Source: Candidatus Omnitrophota bacterium
Lineage (GTDB): Bacteria > Omnitrophota > Gorgyraeia > 2-01-FULL-45-10
NCBI GenBank assembly: GCA_017993955.1
Contig: JAGOLR010000005.1
Span: 28 to 64,027, forward strand
Length of the DNA stretch: 64,000 nucleotides
Direction of reading: 5' to 3'
In this document: positions 30,094-40,903 of the stretch, piece after piece
Layout of the letters: the number at the start of each line of letters is the position of its first letter
Position numbering within the stretch: position 1 is the first letter of the stretch
Translations under genes and position numbers: made by a program
The notes under the pieces: generated by a model
Databases searched by the model: none
What the model saw: only the letters and a program-made list of their open reading frames with translations
What the model was told of the DNA's origin: nothing

Positions 30094-31290
30094 ATGGCAA
30101 AGGAAGCATTTGTAAGATCTAAGCCGCACGTCAATGTCGGGACCATCGGTCACATCGACCATGGAAAGACCACGCTTACGGCATCGATCCTGGCCGTGCT
30201 CTCCAAAAAGGGGAAGGCCCAGGTAAAGAGTTATGCCGATATCGCCAAAGGCGGTACGGTCCGTGACGAAACCAAGACCGTTACAATAGCCGTAGCCCAC
30301 GTAGAGTACGAGACCGACAACCGCCATTACGCCCATATCGACTGCCCGGGACACGCCGACTACATCAAGAATATGATCACCGGCGCCGCCCAGATGGACG
30401 GAGCCATCCTTGTGGTAAGTGCAGTCGACGGCCCGATGCCTCAGACCAGAGAACACATACTCCTTGCGCGTCAGGTCAACGTCCCCTCGATAGTCGTATT
30501 CCTCAATAAAGTAGACCTTGTAGAAGACAAAGAACTCGTAGACCTCGTAGAACTCGAAGTAAGAGAACTCCTCACAAAGTATAAATTCCCTGGAGACAAG
30601 ACCCCTATAATAAAGGGCAGTTCGCTCAAGGCCCTCAACGCCCCGGATAACCCCGAGAGCGCCAAGTGTATATTCGATCTCATGGAAGCCGTAGATACCT
30701 TCGTACCGACACCTGTCCGCGCGCTCGATAAACCGTTCCTCATGCCTATAGAAGACGTATTCTCAATAACAGGCCGCGGCACAGTAGGTACCGGAAGGGT
30801 CGAGAGAGGCCAGATAAAGGTAGGCGAAGAGATCGAGATAGTAGGTATAAAGCCCACTAAGAAATCGGTAGTGACCGGAGTCGAGATGTTCAGAAAGCTC
30901 CTGGATTCAGGCCAAGCAGGTGACAACATAGGAGTTCTCTTGAGGGGTATAGAAAAGACCGACATCGAGCGCGGTCAGGTACTTGCGAAACCCGGTTCCA
31001 TAACCCCCCACACAAAGTTCAAATCCGAAGTCTATATACTGAGTAAAGAGGAAGGCGGCCGCCATACACCGTTCTTCAACGGCTACCGCCCCCAGTTCTA
31101 CTTCAGGACCACAGACGTTACCGGAGTAGTCACCCTCCCCAAGGGAGTCGAGATGGTGATGCCCGGCGATAACGTCACATTCGAAGTTCAACTCATAACC
31201 CCCATAGCCATGGAAAAGGAACTGCGCTTCGCCATACGCGAAGGCGGCCATACCGTAGGCGCGGGTGTAGTGACAGAGATACTAGAGTAA
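30094..31290 (+). CDS. tuf: elongation factor Tu (copy 2, str-operon position after fusA)
   Basis: 398 aa, identical in protein to the copy at 14436..15632. Antisense-frame ORF translations are identical too, implying nucleotide identity. Confidence 0.95.
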   Translation: MAKEAFVRSKPHVNVGTIGHIDHGKTTLTASILAVLSKKGKAQVKSYADIAKGGTVRDETKTVTIAVAHVEYETDNRHYAHIDCPGHADYIKNMITGAAQMDGAILVVSAVDGPMPQTREHILLARQVNVPSIVVFLNKVDLVEDKELVDLVELEVRELLTKYKFPGDKTPIIKGSSLKALNAPDNPESAKCIFDLMEAVDTFVPTPVRALDKPFLMPIEDVFSITGRGTVGTGRVERGQIKVGEEIEIVGIKPTKKSVVTGVEMFRKLLDSGQAGDNIGVLLRGIEKTDIERGQVLAKPGSITPHTKFKSEVYILSKEEGGRHTPFFNGYRPQFYFRTTDVTGVVTLPKGVEMVMPGDNVTFEVQLITPIAMEKELRFAIREGGHTVGAGVVTEILE

Positions 31291-31293
31291 ACG

Positions 31294-31608
31294 ATGGCAC
31301 AGCAAGCACCGCAGAAGATTAGGATAAAACTGATGGCATACGACCATCGGCTTCTCGATATATCGAGCGCCGAGATCGTCGAGACGGCAAAGCGTACAGG
31401 AGCTGGGGTGGCCGGACCTATCCCGCTTCCTACGAAGAGAGAGATATTCACCGTGCTGCGATCCCCGCATGTCGATAAAAAGTCGAGAGAGCAATTTCAG
31501 ATAAAAACCCATAAACGCATCCTTGATATCGTCAGCCCAACGGCAAAGACGATCGACGCTCTGAAAAAGCTGGATTTACCGGCAGGCGTTTACGTGGAGA
31601 TAAAGTAA
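31294..31608 (+). CDS. rpsJ: 30S ribosomal protein S10
   Basis: 104 aa [22 protein letters not shown]... Confidence 0.95.
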   Translation: MAQQAPQKIRIKLMAYDHRLLDISSAEIVETAKRTGAGVAGPIPLPTKREIFTVLRSPHVDKKSREQFQIKTHKRILDIVSPTAKTIDALKKLDLPAGVYVEIK

Positions 31609-31630
31609 TTTAACCGAATGCGAGCAAAAA

Positions 31631-32341
31631 ATGCTTGGTATACTAGGTAAAAAAATAGGCATGACAACAGTATTTGACGAACAGGGTAAGAATACGCCCA
31701 TAACCGTGATAGAAGCCGGTCCATGCCAGGTTCTTCAGGTAAAGACATCTGAGGCAGACGGATATTCCGCGGTGCAGCTCGGTTTTAGCCAGAAAAAAGA
31801 GAAGCATACTACAAAAGCTCAGATGGGACGTTTTAAAAAGGCCGGTATAGCTTCGCCTTTGCGTTTTATAAAAGAGATAAGAGTAAAAGATCCCCAGTCG
31901 TATAAGGCAGGGCAGACCATAACAGCCGATATCTTCGCAAAGGGAGACTATCTCGATGTTGTTGGGATCTCTATAGGCCGCGGGTTCCAGGGCGGAGTAC
32001 GGAGATGGGGTTGGGCTGGCGGGGATGACGGGCACGGCTCTATGTTTCACCGCGCTATAGGGTCCATACAATCTGGCGCGCGCCTTTCGCGAGTCACCAA
32101 AGGTCATCATATGCCTGGGCATATGGGAGTGGACAGGATAACGGTCCAGAATCTCGAAATAGTAGACGTTATAAAAGAAAAGAATCTCGTTCTGGTTAAA
32201 GGCTGTATACCCGGCCACATCAATTCTTTCGTAATTCTTAAAGAAGCTCGTAAAAGGCCAAAAGGATATGTTAAGCCGAAATATGTGCCTACTGCCGCGA
32301 AAAAGGGTGCGGCCAAGGCCGGCGGCGCTAAGAAGAAGTAA
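31631..32341 (+). CDS. rplC: 50S ribosomal protein L3
   Basis: 236 aa MLGILGKKIGMTTVFDEQG. K/A-rich C-terminal tail. Confidence 0.95.
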   Translation: MLGILGKKIGMTTVFDEQGKNTPITVIEAGPCQVLQVKTSEADGYSAVQLGFSQKKEKHTTKAQMGRFKKAGIASPLRFIKEIRVKDPQSYKAGQTITADIFAKGDYLDVVGISIGRGFQGGVRRWGWAGGDDGHGSMFHRAIGSIQSGARLSRVTKGHHMPGHMGVDRITVQNLEIVDVIKEKNLVLVKGCIPGHINSFVILKEARKRPKGYVKPKYVPTAAKKGAAKAGGAKKK

Positions 32342-32357
32342 TTAACGGAATATAGAA

Positions 32358-33074
32358 ATGGCAAAAAAAAGCGATAGGATCAAGGCGAAAAAAGAGGCCG
32401 CAAAAGTTGAGACCAAGGTCAAGAAGGCAAAGACACCTTCTGATCCAAAGGCTTTTTCGGTTAAGGTATTCGATATAAAAGGGAAGAATGTCGGTGAATT
32501 TCCGCTTGATAAATCTTTGTTTAGCGGCGAGGTGAATAAGTCCGCCCTCTACCAGGCAGTCCTTATGTATAATTCGAATATGCGGCAGGGCAATGCCTCA
32601 ACAAAGACGCGGGGAGATGTGTCGGGTGGTGGTAAAAAACCATGGCGTCAAAAAGGCACAGGACGAGCCCGTGCCGGATCCACGCGTTCACCGCTTTGGA
32701 GAGGTGGCGGTAAGATATTCGGACCACATCCAAGGGATTACCACTATTCGATTCCCAAAAAAGTTAAGAAGCTCGCGTTCCTTTCTAGCATGAACCTGAA
32801 GCTGAATGAAGATAGGGTGATGGGCCTGGATTCTCTTAAGCTGGATGAGCCGAAAACTAAGCATTTAAGATCGGTCGTGGGAGCGCTCAAACTTGGAGGG
32901 AAGGTTCTTTTTGTCGTAGATAGAGTCGACGAGAATCTGAGTCGGGCATCAGGAAATATGCAAGAGGTAACGGTGAGGAACCTGCATGACGTAAGCACTA
33001 TGGATGTTCTCAAATCTGACGTCATGGTCATTGCCAAGCCTGCCCTTGAAAAACTGCATGAAAGGTGTGCGTAA
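32358..33074 (+). CDS. rplD: 50S ribosomal protein L4
   Basis: 238 aa with GGGKKPWRQKGTGRARAGS. About 30-aa basic N-terminal extension. Confidence 0.9.
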   Translation: MAKKSDRIKAKKEAAKVETKVKKAKTPSDPKAFSVKVFDIKGKNVGEFPLDKSLFSGEVNKSALYQAVLMYNSNMRQGNASTKTRGDVSGGGKKPWRQKGTGRARAGSTRSPLWRGGGKIFGPHPRDYHYSIPKKVKKLAFLSSMNLKLNEDRVMGLDSLKLDEPKTKHLRSVVGALKLGGKVLFVVDRVDENLSRASGNMQEVTVRNLHDVSTMDVLKSDVMVIAKPALEKLHERCA

Positions 33075-33358
33075 TATATATGAAGAATCCACATGACGTT
33101 ATTAAGGGCTTGATAAGGACCGAAAAGGGTGCTGCCCTGATGCCGATGAATAAATACCTCTTTTGGGTAGGGAAAGCCTCCAACAAGATCGAGATAAAAT
33201 CTGCTATTGAAGATATATATAAAGTGAAGGTCGATGCTGTCAATACCATCATGATGCGCGGCAAAAATAAACGCGTCCGTTACGTGAGCGGCAAGACGCC
33301 GGATTGGAAGAAAGCCATCGTGACATTGAAAGAAGGCAGCAAGATAGACGTAGTCTAA
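33065..33358 (+). CDS. rplW: 50S ribosomal protein L23
   Basis: 97 aa, L23 family. Start could be Met 33080. Confidence 0.85.
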   Translation: MCVIYMKNPHDVIKGLIRTEKGAALMPMNKYLFWVGKASNKIEIKSAIEDIYKVKVDAVNTIMMRGKNKRVRYVSGKTPDWKKAIVTLKEGSKIDVV

Positions 33359-33458
33359 AATTGATCAATCCCTCGGCGCTAGCGTTTTATTTTGCAAATA
33401 TAATTGGTAAAATAAAACCGGTTGAGGCCTCGGGATAAAATTTTCAGGGAAAATTTTA

Positions 33459-34276
33459 TGGGAATAAAAAAATTCAGACCTACAACAGATGCTTTAAGAT
33501 GGACAGCCATCTCAAATTTCGACGAGCTTACGAAATCCAGGCCGGAAAAGAAGCTTCTAGTGCCTCTTAAGAGGACTGGAGGGAGAAATAATCGCGGCCG
33601 AGTAACTTCCCGCCATCGGGGCGGCGGGCATAAGCGCATGATAAGGGTGATCGACTTTAAGCGTGACAAGCTTGACATACCAGCAAAGGTCATCGCGATA
33701 GAGTATGATCCAAACCGTTCGGCGAGGCTGGCGCTTGTTCAATATGCGGATAGCGAAAAGCGTTATATAATCGCACCGGTAGGCTTGCAGGTCAACGATG
33801 AAGTTATGGCAGGCAAGAGCGCAGAGATTAAGGTAGGCAATTCGGTTCCTTTGGAGAACATACCCGCAGGTATACCTATACACAACGTTGAGCTAAGGCG
33901 GGGATCGGGGGCAAATATAGCCCGCGCAGCCGGCAATGCATGCATAATCATGGCTAAAGAAGGCGGTTTTGCACAGGTGCGACTGCCCAGTAACGAAATA
34001 AGGATGGTGCCGTTAGAATGCATGGCCACGATAGGTCAGGTGGGTAACGTTGAGCATGAGACCATATCTATAGGGAAGGCCGGCCGTAATAGATGGAAGG
34101 GTTACAGGCCTTACTCAAGAGGCGTAGCGAAGAATCCGCACGATCATCCTATGGGCGGCGGTGAAGGAAAAGCAAGCGGCGGCTTACCGAGATCTCCATG
34201 GGGCAAGTATTGTAAAGGCACTAAGACTAGAAAGACCAAATCTTCCGATAAGTATATAGTGAAGCGCCGGAAGTAA
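33459..34276 (+). CDS. rplB: 50S ribosomal protein L2
   Basis: Start at Met [10 protein letters not shown] within ORF 33422..34276. Conserved L2 C-terminal region. Confidence 0.9.
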
Positions 34277-34296
34277 AATCTTTAAACGGAGGAACG

Positions 34297-34581
34297 ATGT
34301 CAAGATCCACAAAAAAAGGGCCTTATATTGATGAAAAATTGTTAAAAAAGGTCCAGCTGATGGTTAAGTCGGGAGAAAAGAAGCCTATAAAGACATGGTC
34401 AAGACGTTCGACCATCGCTCCTGAATTTGTCGGGGTCACGATGTCGGTCTATAACGGGAAAAAATTTATTCCTGTGTATATAACAGAGAATATGGTTGGA
34501 CATAAGCTCGGAGAATTTTCGCCTACCCGTATATTTAAGAGACACGGTGCGGCGACCGAGATATCGATGGATAAGACATAA
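34297..34581 (+). CDS. rpsS: 30S ribosomal protein S19
   Basis: 94 aa [19 protein letters not shown]. Confidence 0.95.
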   Translation: MSRSTKKGPYIDEKLLKKVQLMVKSGEKKPIKTWSRRSTIAPEFVGVTMSVYNGKKFIPVYITENMVGHKLGEFSPTRIFKRHGAATEISMDKT

Positions 34582-34603
34582 ACTGAAGTCATTGGAGCAT
34601 AAG

Positions 34604-35110
34604 ATGGTAACCAGAGCTGTATTGAGATACGTAAGAATATCTCCAAGGAAATTTCGGCAAATAATACCGATTATAAAAGGCAAGAACCCGGAAGACGCTG
34701 TTATAATACTTAGAACTGTTAAGAAGGGGGCGTCCAAGATAGCATCTGATCTTATAAACTCCGCGATAGCCAATGCAAAGCGCATTCAGGGGGTGGATCT
34801 GGATAGTCTTTATATATCGAAGATGGTGGCTAGCGGCGGTCCTCAACTCAAAAGGTTCAGGGCTGCTTCTATGGGTCGCGCCAGTCCTATACGCAAGAGA
34901 ACGAGTCATATAACTTTGGAGCTAGACGAGGCAAAGAGGCCTGAGGCAGCGTCTGCAGCGCAAGCTGCTTCTCAGACCGAAAAGGTAAAAGTTAAAAAGA
35001 GCCAGGCATCAAAACCTGTTGAGAAGAGCGAAGTGACTGATATGGACAAGTCTTCAAAGCATAAGCCGAAAACGACCAAGTCCGAGTCCGCTAAAAAAGG
35101 TAAGGAGTAA
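34604..35110 (+). CDS. rplV: 50S ribosomal protein L22 (with about 60-aa K/A/E-rich C-terminal extension)
   Basis: Start at Met MVTRAVLRYVRISPRK (34604) inside ORF 34496..35110. Tail EAKRPEAASAAQAASQTEKVKVKK... Confidence 0.85.
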   Translation: MVTRAVLRYVRISPRKFRQIIPIIKGKNPEDAVIILRTVKKGASKIASDLINSAIANAKRIQGVDLDSLYISKMVASGGPQLKRFRAASMGRASPIRKRTSHITLELDEAKRPEAASAAQAASQTEKVKVKKSQASKPVEKSEVTDMDKSSKHKPKTTKSESAKKGKE

Positions 35111-35111
35111 G

Positions 35112-35795
35112 ATGGGTCAAAAAGTACATCCATATGGTTTAAGGACCGGGTATATATATGACTGGAAATCCCGATGGTTTGCGAAGAAAGAAGACTTTGC
35201 TAAGCAACTATACGAGGATTTCAAGATAAAAAAGTATATAAAAAAGGCCCTGTCTTCGGCTGCTGTTTCCAAGGTTGAGGTTGAGCGTGCCAGTGAAAAG
35301 ATACGCGTATTTATATTTAGCGCCAGACCAGGCATAATTATAGGCCGTCGCGGCGCGGAGATCGAGAAGCTAAAAGACGAGCTTAATAAGATAACGGGAC
35401 GAGAAGTTCTGATAGACATCAAGGAGATTAAGAATCCAAACATAGATGCCCAATTGGTTTCTGAGAGCATCGCTTTTCAGATAGAAAAACGTATACCGCA
35501 CAGACGATCCATGAAAAAGGCCGTTCAGAGTGCGTTAGACAACGGGGCGCGAGGTATTAAGATAATAGTATCGGGCCGACTCGGTGGCGCCGAGATAGCA
35601 CGAAGGGAAAGTTACAGGGTCGGGTCGATACCCGCACAGACCTTGAGGGCAGATGTCGATTATGGTTTTACCGAGGCCTTGACTACTTATGGCCTTATAG
35701 GTGTTAAGGTGTGGATATATAAAGGCGACAAGATACTGGATAAGGTCCAGGAAGAATCCGCAGAAGATAAGAAAAAAGGCTCTACCCAAATTTAA
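35112..35795 (+). CDS. rpsC: 30S ribosomal protein S3
   Basis: 227 aa MGQKVHPYGLRTGYIYDWKSRWFA. Confidence 0.95.
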   Translation: MGQKVHPYGLRTGYIYDWKSRWFAKKEDFAKQLYEDFKIKKYIKKALSSAAVSKVEVERASEKIRVFIFSARPGIIIGRRGAEIEKLKDELNKITGREVLIDIKEIKNPNIDAQLVSESIAFQIEKRIPHRRSMKKAVQSALDNGARGIKIIVSGRLGGAEIARRESYRVGSIPAQTLRADVDYGFTEALTTYGLIGVKVWIYKGDKILDKVQEESAEDKKKGSTQI

Positions 35796-35812
35796 GTTAA
35801 CGGAGATATCAG

Positions 35813-36229
35813 ATGGCTTTAATGCCGAAGAGGGTAAAATTTAGAAAGGCTCAGCGCGGGCGCATGTTGGGCACGGCTTTTAACGGCGCGCGGCTTTCCT
35901 TCGGGGAATTTGGTTTGAAGTCTTTGGAAAACTGCTATTTCACAGACCGCCAGATGGAAGCTTCACGTGTTGCTATAATGCGTGGCCTGAGAGGGGCGGG
36001 TAAGGTTTGGATAAGGGTCTTTCCGGATAAACCCATAACCAAAAAGCCCGCGGAAACGAGGATGGGTAAGGGCAAAGGCGACCCGAGCCATTGGGTATGT
36101 GTGGTTAAGAAAGGGCGAATACTTTTCGAAATGGACGGCGTTCCTCTGGATATAGCCCGCGAGACTCTTCGTATAGCGGCGCACAAGCTTCCTTTTAGGA
36201 CAAAATTTATCACAAGGACAATGCATTAA
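35813..36229 (+). CDS. rplP: 50S ribosomal protein L16
   Basis: 138 aa [18 protein letters not shown]. Confidence 0.95.
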   Translation: MALMPKRVKFRKAQRGRMLGTAFNGARLSFGEFGLKSLENCYFTDRQMEASRVAIMRGLRGAGKVWIRVFPDKPITKKPAETRMGKGKGDPSHWVCVVKKGRILFEMDGVPLDIARETLRIAAHKLPFRTKFITRTMH

Positions 36230-36230
36230 A

Positions 36231-36431
36231 ATGCTTAAAGCTAACGAACTCAGAAACATGACCGTAGATGAGATAACCCAGAAGATGGAGGCTTTTAAAA
36301 AAGAACTCTATCAGCTAAGGACAGAGGCCAAGGCAGGCAGAATAGAAAAACCCCATAGGATCTCTCAGGCACGTAAAGATATTGCCAAATGCGAAACGAT
36401 TTTGAAGGAGAAGGCGAATGCAAAACAGTAA
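36231..36431 (+). CDS. rpmC: 50S ribosomal protein L29
   Basis: 66 aa, L29 family. Confidence 0.85.
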   Translation: MLKANELRNMTVDEITQKMEAFKKELYQLRTEAKAGRIEKPHRISQARKDIAKCETILKEKANAKQ

Positions 36432-36735
36432 ACGCTCGACGCGCAAGATCAAGATCGGAGTTGTCATAAGCGATAAGATGGATAAGACTATAACAGTGAA
36501 AGTGGACCGCGTAGCATTTCATCCGGTCTATGGCAAGATGCTAAGGCAGGCCACTAAGTTCAAGGTCCATGATGAGAAGGAAGTTGCCAAGACCGGTGAT
36601 ACCGTAAAGATACAGGAGACGAGGCCGCTTTCCAAGACAAAATGTTGGAGACTTATAGAAGTGGTAAAAAAAGCCAATCCGCATATTGTAAACGATATTA
36701 CAGATGAAACCGGTATTGTAAAGAAGGCAGGATAG
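36418..36735 (+). CDS. rpsQ: 30S ribosomal protein S17
   Basis: 105 aa, S17 OB fold. Confidence 0.9.
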   Translation: MQNSKRSTRKIKIGVVISDKMDKTITVKVDRVAFHPVYGKMLRQATKFKVHDEKEVAKTGDTVKIQETRPLSKTKCWRLIEVVKKANPHIVNDITDETGIVKKAG

Positions 36736-36741
36736 TTCTAT

Positions 36742-37110
36742 ATGATTAGGATGAGATCTATATTGGACGTTGCTGATAACACCGGTGCCCGTCGGGCTTC
36801 TATGATAGGGGTGCTGGGCAGGGGTAACCGCAGGTTTGCGAATATAGGCGATATCATAACCTGCAATATAAAGGAGGCTACCCCAGAAGCCATAGTGAAG
36901 GATCACGAAGTTGTAAAAGGGGTTATAGTAAGAACGGCGGCTCCGATAACCAGGCCTGACGGTACGAGGTTACGGTTTGACCGCAATGCGGTAGTGATAA
37001 TAGATGACCAACTAAACCCTAAAGGGACTCGAATATTCGGACCGGTAGCCCGGGAACTGCGCGATAAGAACTTTATGAAAATAATATCGCTTGCTCCTGA
37101 AGTTTTATAA
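36742..37110 (+). CDS. rplN: 50S ribosomal protein L14
   Basis: 122 aa ...[12 protein letters not shown]... Confidence 0.95.
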   Translation: MIRMRSILDVADNTGARRASMIGVLGRGNRRFANIGDIITCNIKEATPEAIVKDHEVVKGVIVRTAAPITRPDGTRLRFDRNAVVIIDDQLNPKGTRIFGPVARELRDKNFMKIISLAPEVL

Positions 37111-37126
37111 AAAAGCGAGATGGAAA

Positions 37127-37438
37127 GTGAATAAGATAAAAAAGAATGACATGGTTTATGTTCTGGCCGGTAAGGATAGCGGTAAAACCGGCAAGGTCTT
37201 CCGCGTTATGGCTACTGACGGCAAAGCTTACGTAGAAGGCGTCAATTATGTAAAGAAGCATGCCCGCAAGACAAAACAGGAAGGACAGGGAGGGATCGTG
37301 CAAAAAGAAGCCGCAATCCATCTTTCGAATCTGGCCCTTTTCTGTAAGAGCTGCAACAAGCCTGCGCGGGTCGGTTTTAACGTTCTTGCGGATGGTTCGA
37401 AATCGAGATATTGCAAAAAGTGTAAAGAGGTTATCTAA
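37127..37438 (+). CDS. rplX: 50S ribosomal protein L24 (C-terminal CxxC...CxxC zinc-ribbon-like tail)
   Basis: KOW motif [15 protein letters not shown]. Probable GTG start at 37127 within ORF 37091..37438. Tail [12 protein letters not shown]...YCKKCKEV. Confidence 0.8.
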   Translation: MNKIKKNDMVYVLAGKDSGKTGKVFRVMATDGKAYVEGVNYVKKHARKTKQEGQGGIVQKEAAIHLSNLALFCKSCNKPARVGFNVLADGSKSRYCKKCKEVI

Positions 37439-37440
37439 TC

Positions 37441-37992
37441 ATGGCCAATACGCCGCGAATGAAAGTAAGATACGCAAAAGAGATCGTTCCCGAGATGATG
37501 AAGCAGTTTAATTATAAAAACTCGATGGAGGTCCCGAAGCTTAAAAAGATAGTGATAAATGTCGGGCTCGGGGAAGCGACGCAGGATATAAAATTTCTGG
37601 AAGCCGCGCAAAGCGAGCTCGCGATGATAACCGGCCAAAAACCGGTTGTGACAAAGGCCAAAAAAGCCATAGCAAACTTTAAGATTAGGAAGAATTCTGC
37701 CGTAGGATGTAAGGTGACTTTGAGGCGGTCTTTTATGTACGAGTTCCTCGATAGGCTTATATCGGTTGCCATACCCAGGATAAGAGATTTCCGGGGGCTT
37801 CCATCAAGCTCTTTCGACAAGTGCGGTAATTACTCGTTCGGGCTTGATGAACAGGTAATATTCCCGGAAGTAGAACTCGATAAAATTTTAAAAGTCCACG
37901 GGATGGATATAACTATCGTGACCGATGCCGGAACCCGCGAAGAGGCATATGCCCTTCTCAAATTATTCGGTATTCCGTTTACGAAGAAATAA
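37441..37992 (+). CDS. rplE: 50S ribosomal protein L5
   Basis: 183 aa, L5 family. Confidence 0.95.
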   Translation: MANTPRMKVRYAKEIVPEMMKQFNYKNSMEVPKLKKIVINVGLGEATQDIKFLEAAQSELAMITGQKPVVTKAKKAIANFKIRKNSAVGCKVTLRRSFMYEFLDRLISVAIPRIRDFRGLPSSSFDKCGNYSFGLDEQVIFPEVELDKILKVHGMDITIVTDAGTREEAYALLKLFGIPFTKK

Positions 37993-38011
37993 CAGGAGAC
38001 GTATTTAATCG

Positions 38012-38197
38012 ATGGCAAAGACTTCGCTAATAATAAAACAGCAAAGGCCGCAAAAATTCAAAGTGCGCCGGTATAACAGGTGCAGGATATGCGGAAGGCC
38101 CCGCGGTTTTATAGGCCGGTTTCAGATATGCAGGATCTGCTTCCGGGAGCTAGCATCCAGGGGCGAGATACCCGGCGTTGTTAAGGCCAGTTGGTAA
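38012..38197 (+). CDS. rpsZ: 30S ribosomal protein S14 type Z (zinc-binding)
   Basis: 61 aa with CRICGRP...CRICFRE. Confidence 0.9.
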   Translation: MAKTSLIIKQQRPQKFKVRRYNRCRICGRPRGFIGRFQICRICFRELASRGEIPGVVKASW

Positions 38198-38254
38198 TAT
38201 TTATAGTATAAGGCGGGTTTGTACCCGTTTTAAAAACAGAAAAAGGAAGGCTAC

Positions 38255-38653
38255 ATGGCAGTTACGGATTCAATAGCTGATGCATTAACGATCATCCGAA
38301 ACGCGAGCTTCGCGAAAAAAGAAGTCGCGGAAATAAAAAATTCTAAAGTGATGGAAGCTGTGCTGAAGCTGCTTAAGAAGGATGGTTATATTCTTAATTA
38401 TAAACTCGTTAAAGATAACAAGCAAGGCTTGCTGCGCGTATATCTCGGATACGCCAAGGACGGGACACCTGCTCTGTCGGGACTAAAGAGAATATCAAAA
38501 CCCGGGCTCCGTGTATATAAGCAGTCCGATGCGATACCAAAGGTTTACGGTGGTTTGGGCACGGCTATAATATCTACTTCAAAAGGCATGGTGACAGATA
38601 ACGACGCTCGCGAGGCTAAGATAGGCGGCGAAGTTATATGTTACGCATGGTAA
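38255..38653 (+). CDS. rpsH: 30S ribosomal protein S8
   Basis: 132 aa MAVTDSIADALTIIRNA. Confidence 0.95.
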   Translation: MAVTDSIADALTIIRNASFAKKEVAEIKNSKVMEAVLKLLKKDGYILNYKLVKDNKQGLLRVYLGYAKDGTPALSGLKRISKPGLRVYKQSDAIPKVYGGLGTAIISTSKGMVTDNDAREAKIGGEVICYAW

Positions 38654-38663
38654 GGTAATAATA

Positions 38664-39224
38664 ATGTCAAGGATAGGTAAAAAACCCGTATCGATACCCG
38701 GTGGCGTTAAGGTAAACGTGTCGGGTAATTCTATACATATAGAGGGGTCTAAAGGCAAGCTAGATTATTCTTTCAATCCAGGTTTCAAGGTCGAGGTTAA
38801 GGATAATGCTGTTTGGATATCGCGGCCTTCCGATTCGAAGTCTGATAAAGCTGCGCATGGACTCATACGAAGCCTTGTTAATAATATGATCATAGGGGTT
38901 ACCGCAGGCTATCAGAAAGACCTGGAGGTAGTAGGGGTAGGTTTTAAGGCCGCAGTCCAAGGTAAGGTGCTTAATCTGCAGCTCAGTTATTCGCACCCCA
39001 TAAATTACAATATACCCGAAGGCGTTACTATAGAAACCCCCAAGCCTAATATGATTGTGATCAAAGGCCCGGACAAAGCAAAGGTGGGTGAGGCCGCCGC
39101 CGAAATAAGAGATTTTTACCGCCCCGAACCTTATAAGGGTAAGGGAATAAAATATACAACCGAACATGTACGCAGGAAAGCAGGGAAGGCTGTTGCAGGC
39201 GCTGCTGGCGGCGCAGCTAAATAA
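38664..39224 (+). CDS. rplF: 50S ribosomal protein L6
   Basis: 186 aa MSRIGKKPVSIPGGVKV. Confidence 0.95.
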   Translation: MSRIGKKPVSIPGGVKVNVSGNSIHIEGSKGKLDYSFNPGFKVEVKDNAVWISRPSDSKSDKAAHGLIRSLVNNMIIGVTAGYQKDLEVVGVGFKAAVQGKVLNLQLSYSHPINYNIPEGVTIETPKPNMIVIKGPDKAKVGEAAAEIRDFYRPEPYKGKGIKYTTEHVRRKAGKAVAGAAGGAAK

Positions 39225-39242
39225 AATAGGAAAAGGTTTAGT

Positions 39243-39611
39243 ATGGGAAGATTTATAAAATTGACGGGACGGAGTAAAAGACAGAAGATCATACGCGGTA
39301 AGATCGCTGGGACCGGCGAGCGTCCCAGACTTAGCGTTTATCGAAGCCTTAACCATATGTACGCCCAGATAATAGATGATTCTGCGGGGAAGACTCTTGT
39401 AGCATTATCCACTTCTTCTCCCGAACTGAAAGAGTCTTTGAAGAAGAACTGCGGGAACGTGAAAGCGGCTACTCTTCTTGGCGCTAAGGTTGCGGAGCTT
39501 TGTAAAAAGACTAATATTGTGAAGGTGGTATTTGATCGCTCCGGTTACCGTTATCACGGAAGGGTCAAGGCGCTTGCAGACGCAGCAAGAAAGGGCGGTT
39601 TGCAGTTCTAA
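39243..39611 (+). CDS. rplR: 50S ribosomal protein L18
   Basis: 122 aa, L18 family. Confidence 0.9.
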   Translation: MGRFIKLTGRSKRQKIIRGKIAGTGERPRLSVYRSLNHMYAQIIDDSAGKTLVALSTSSPELKESLKKNCGNVKAATLLGAKVAELCKKTNIVKVVFDRSGYRYHGRVKALADAARKGGLQF

Positions 39612-39630
39612 TAATCAAGGAAGGTAAAAA

Positions 39631-40332
39631 TTGGCAAATACGAACGATAAAGACATGCAAAAAGAAAATAAAGCGCAGGGAGAAGTTCAGGGCGCATCCC
39701 AGGACCAGGCCGTGAATCCGGCGGATGTTCCTACAAATGCCGCGGCCGGCAAAGAAAACGTTCAGCAAACTGCTCAAAACGAAACTCCGAAAACGCAAAA
39801 TCCCAAAAAACAGCGCAAGCCCATGCGCCGGCGCCAGCAGAGCGAATCGAAGGGTGAAGGCGATGGCCTTATAGAAAAAGTCGTTACTATTAAAAGGGTT
39901 GCCAAGGTAGTAAAGGGCGGCCGGAGATTCTCATTTAACGCGCTGGTCGTGGCCGGAGACGGAAAAGGGACGGTCGGGGTCGGTTTCGGCAAAGGAAATG
40001 AAGTCGCTGACGCAATACGGAAAGGACTTAACGACGCGAAGAAGAGTTTTATAAAGCTCCCGATCAAAGGCACTACAATACCGCATGAAATTATTGGGCA
40101 TTATAAAGCCGCTAAGGTATTACTTAAGCCTGCAGGCGAAGGTACCGGTGTAATAGCGGGCGGCGCCGTGCGGGCTATATGCGAAGCCGGAGGTATCAAG
40201 GATATACTTACAAAAAGCCTTGGTTCCGACTCGGCCCTTAACGTTGTAAAGGCCACCATAAACGGCCTCAGTAAGATAAGGTTCGAGAGACAGAGAGCAA
40301 AACAAGAGGAAACCACCAGTGAAGTTAAATGA
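39631..40332 (+). CDS. rpsE: 30S ribosomal protein S5 (about 70-aa low-complexity N-terminal extension)
   Basis: 233 aa. Conserved S5 core begins near [22 protein letters not shown] start at 39631 has an AGGAAGG RBS. An alternative internal start at MRRRQQ is possible. Confidence 0.85.
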   Translation: MANTNDKDMQKENKAQGEVQGASQDQAVNPADVPTNAAAGKENVQQTAQNETPKTQNPKKQRKPMRRRQQSESKGEGDGLIEKVVTIKRVAKVVKGGRRFSFNALVVAGDGKGTVGVGFGKGNEVADAIRKGLNDAKKSFIKLPIKGTTIPHEIIGHYKAAKVLLKPAGEGTGVIAGGAVRAICEAGGIKDILTKSLGSDSALNVVKATINGLSKIRFERQRAKQEETTSEVK

Positions 40333-40891
40333 ACTAGGAGCACCGCAAGGTGCGAATAAACGCACTAAGCGCAGAGGTCGCGGACCCGGTTCGGGGCATG
40401 GTAAGAACGCTTGCCGCGGGAGAAAAGGCGCTTTGAAGCGTTCGGGGCGTACCACAAGACCTGGCTTCGAGGGCGGGCAGATGCCGCTTATAAGGCGTAT
40501 ACCTAAAAAGGGTTTTAGCGCTCCTTTCAAGGTTATTTACCAGGTAGTTAATATCGGGTCGCTGAACAGATTTGATAAAGATGCCGTTGTAGGACCCGCC
40601 GAATTTAAAAAAGCTGGTCTCATCACAAGCGATAAATTCCCGGTAAAGATATTGGGCGGCGGTACTTTGGATAAAGCATTGACCGTAAAGGCTCACAAGT
40701 TTTCGGAGAGTTCGAAGAAGGTTCTTCAAGCAGTCGGAGCGAAGATGGATTTTTTGGAGCCGCAGGAAGAGCCAAAGCCGGTTTCAGGTCCGGTAAAATC
40801 CAAAGCTGCATCAACCGAAGCTCAGAAAACGGCGCCTGTTCAAAAGCCGGACAATATTCAGAAACCTTCTAGTAAAGATAAAGCGAAATAA
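40319..40891 (+). CDS. rplO: 50S ribosomal protein L15 (C-terminal extension)
   Basis: 190 aa [29 protein letters not shown]. No L30 gene between rpsE and rplO. Confidence 0.9.
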   Translation: MKLNELGAPQGANKRTKRRGRGPGSGHGKNACRGRKGALKRSGRTTRPGFEGGQMPLIRRIPKKGFSAPFKVIYQVVNIGSLNRFDKDAVVGPAEFKKAGLITSDKFPVKILGGGTLDKALTVKAHKFSESSKKVLQAVGAKMDFLEPQEEPKPVSGPVKSKAASTEAQKTAPVQKPDNIQKPSSKDKAK

Positions 40892-40903
40892 GCTAAAGGC
40901 AAA

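Noticed and set aside
30094-31290. Second tuf as a possible pseudogene or assembly duplicate
   Set aside because: Reading frame fully intact and located in the canonical rpsL-rpsG-fusA-tuf-rpsJ position. Duplication of tuf is common. Assembly artifact cannot be excluded without reads, and this is noted in the findings.
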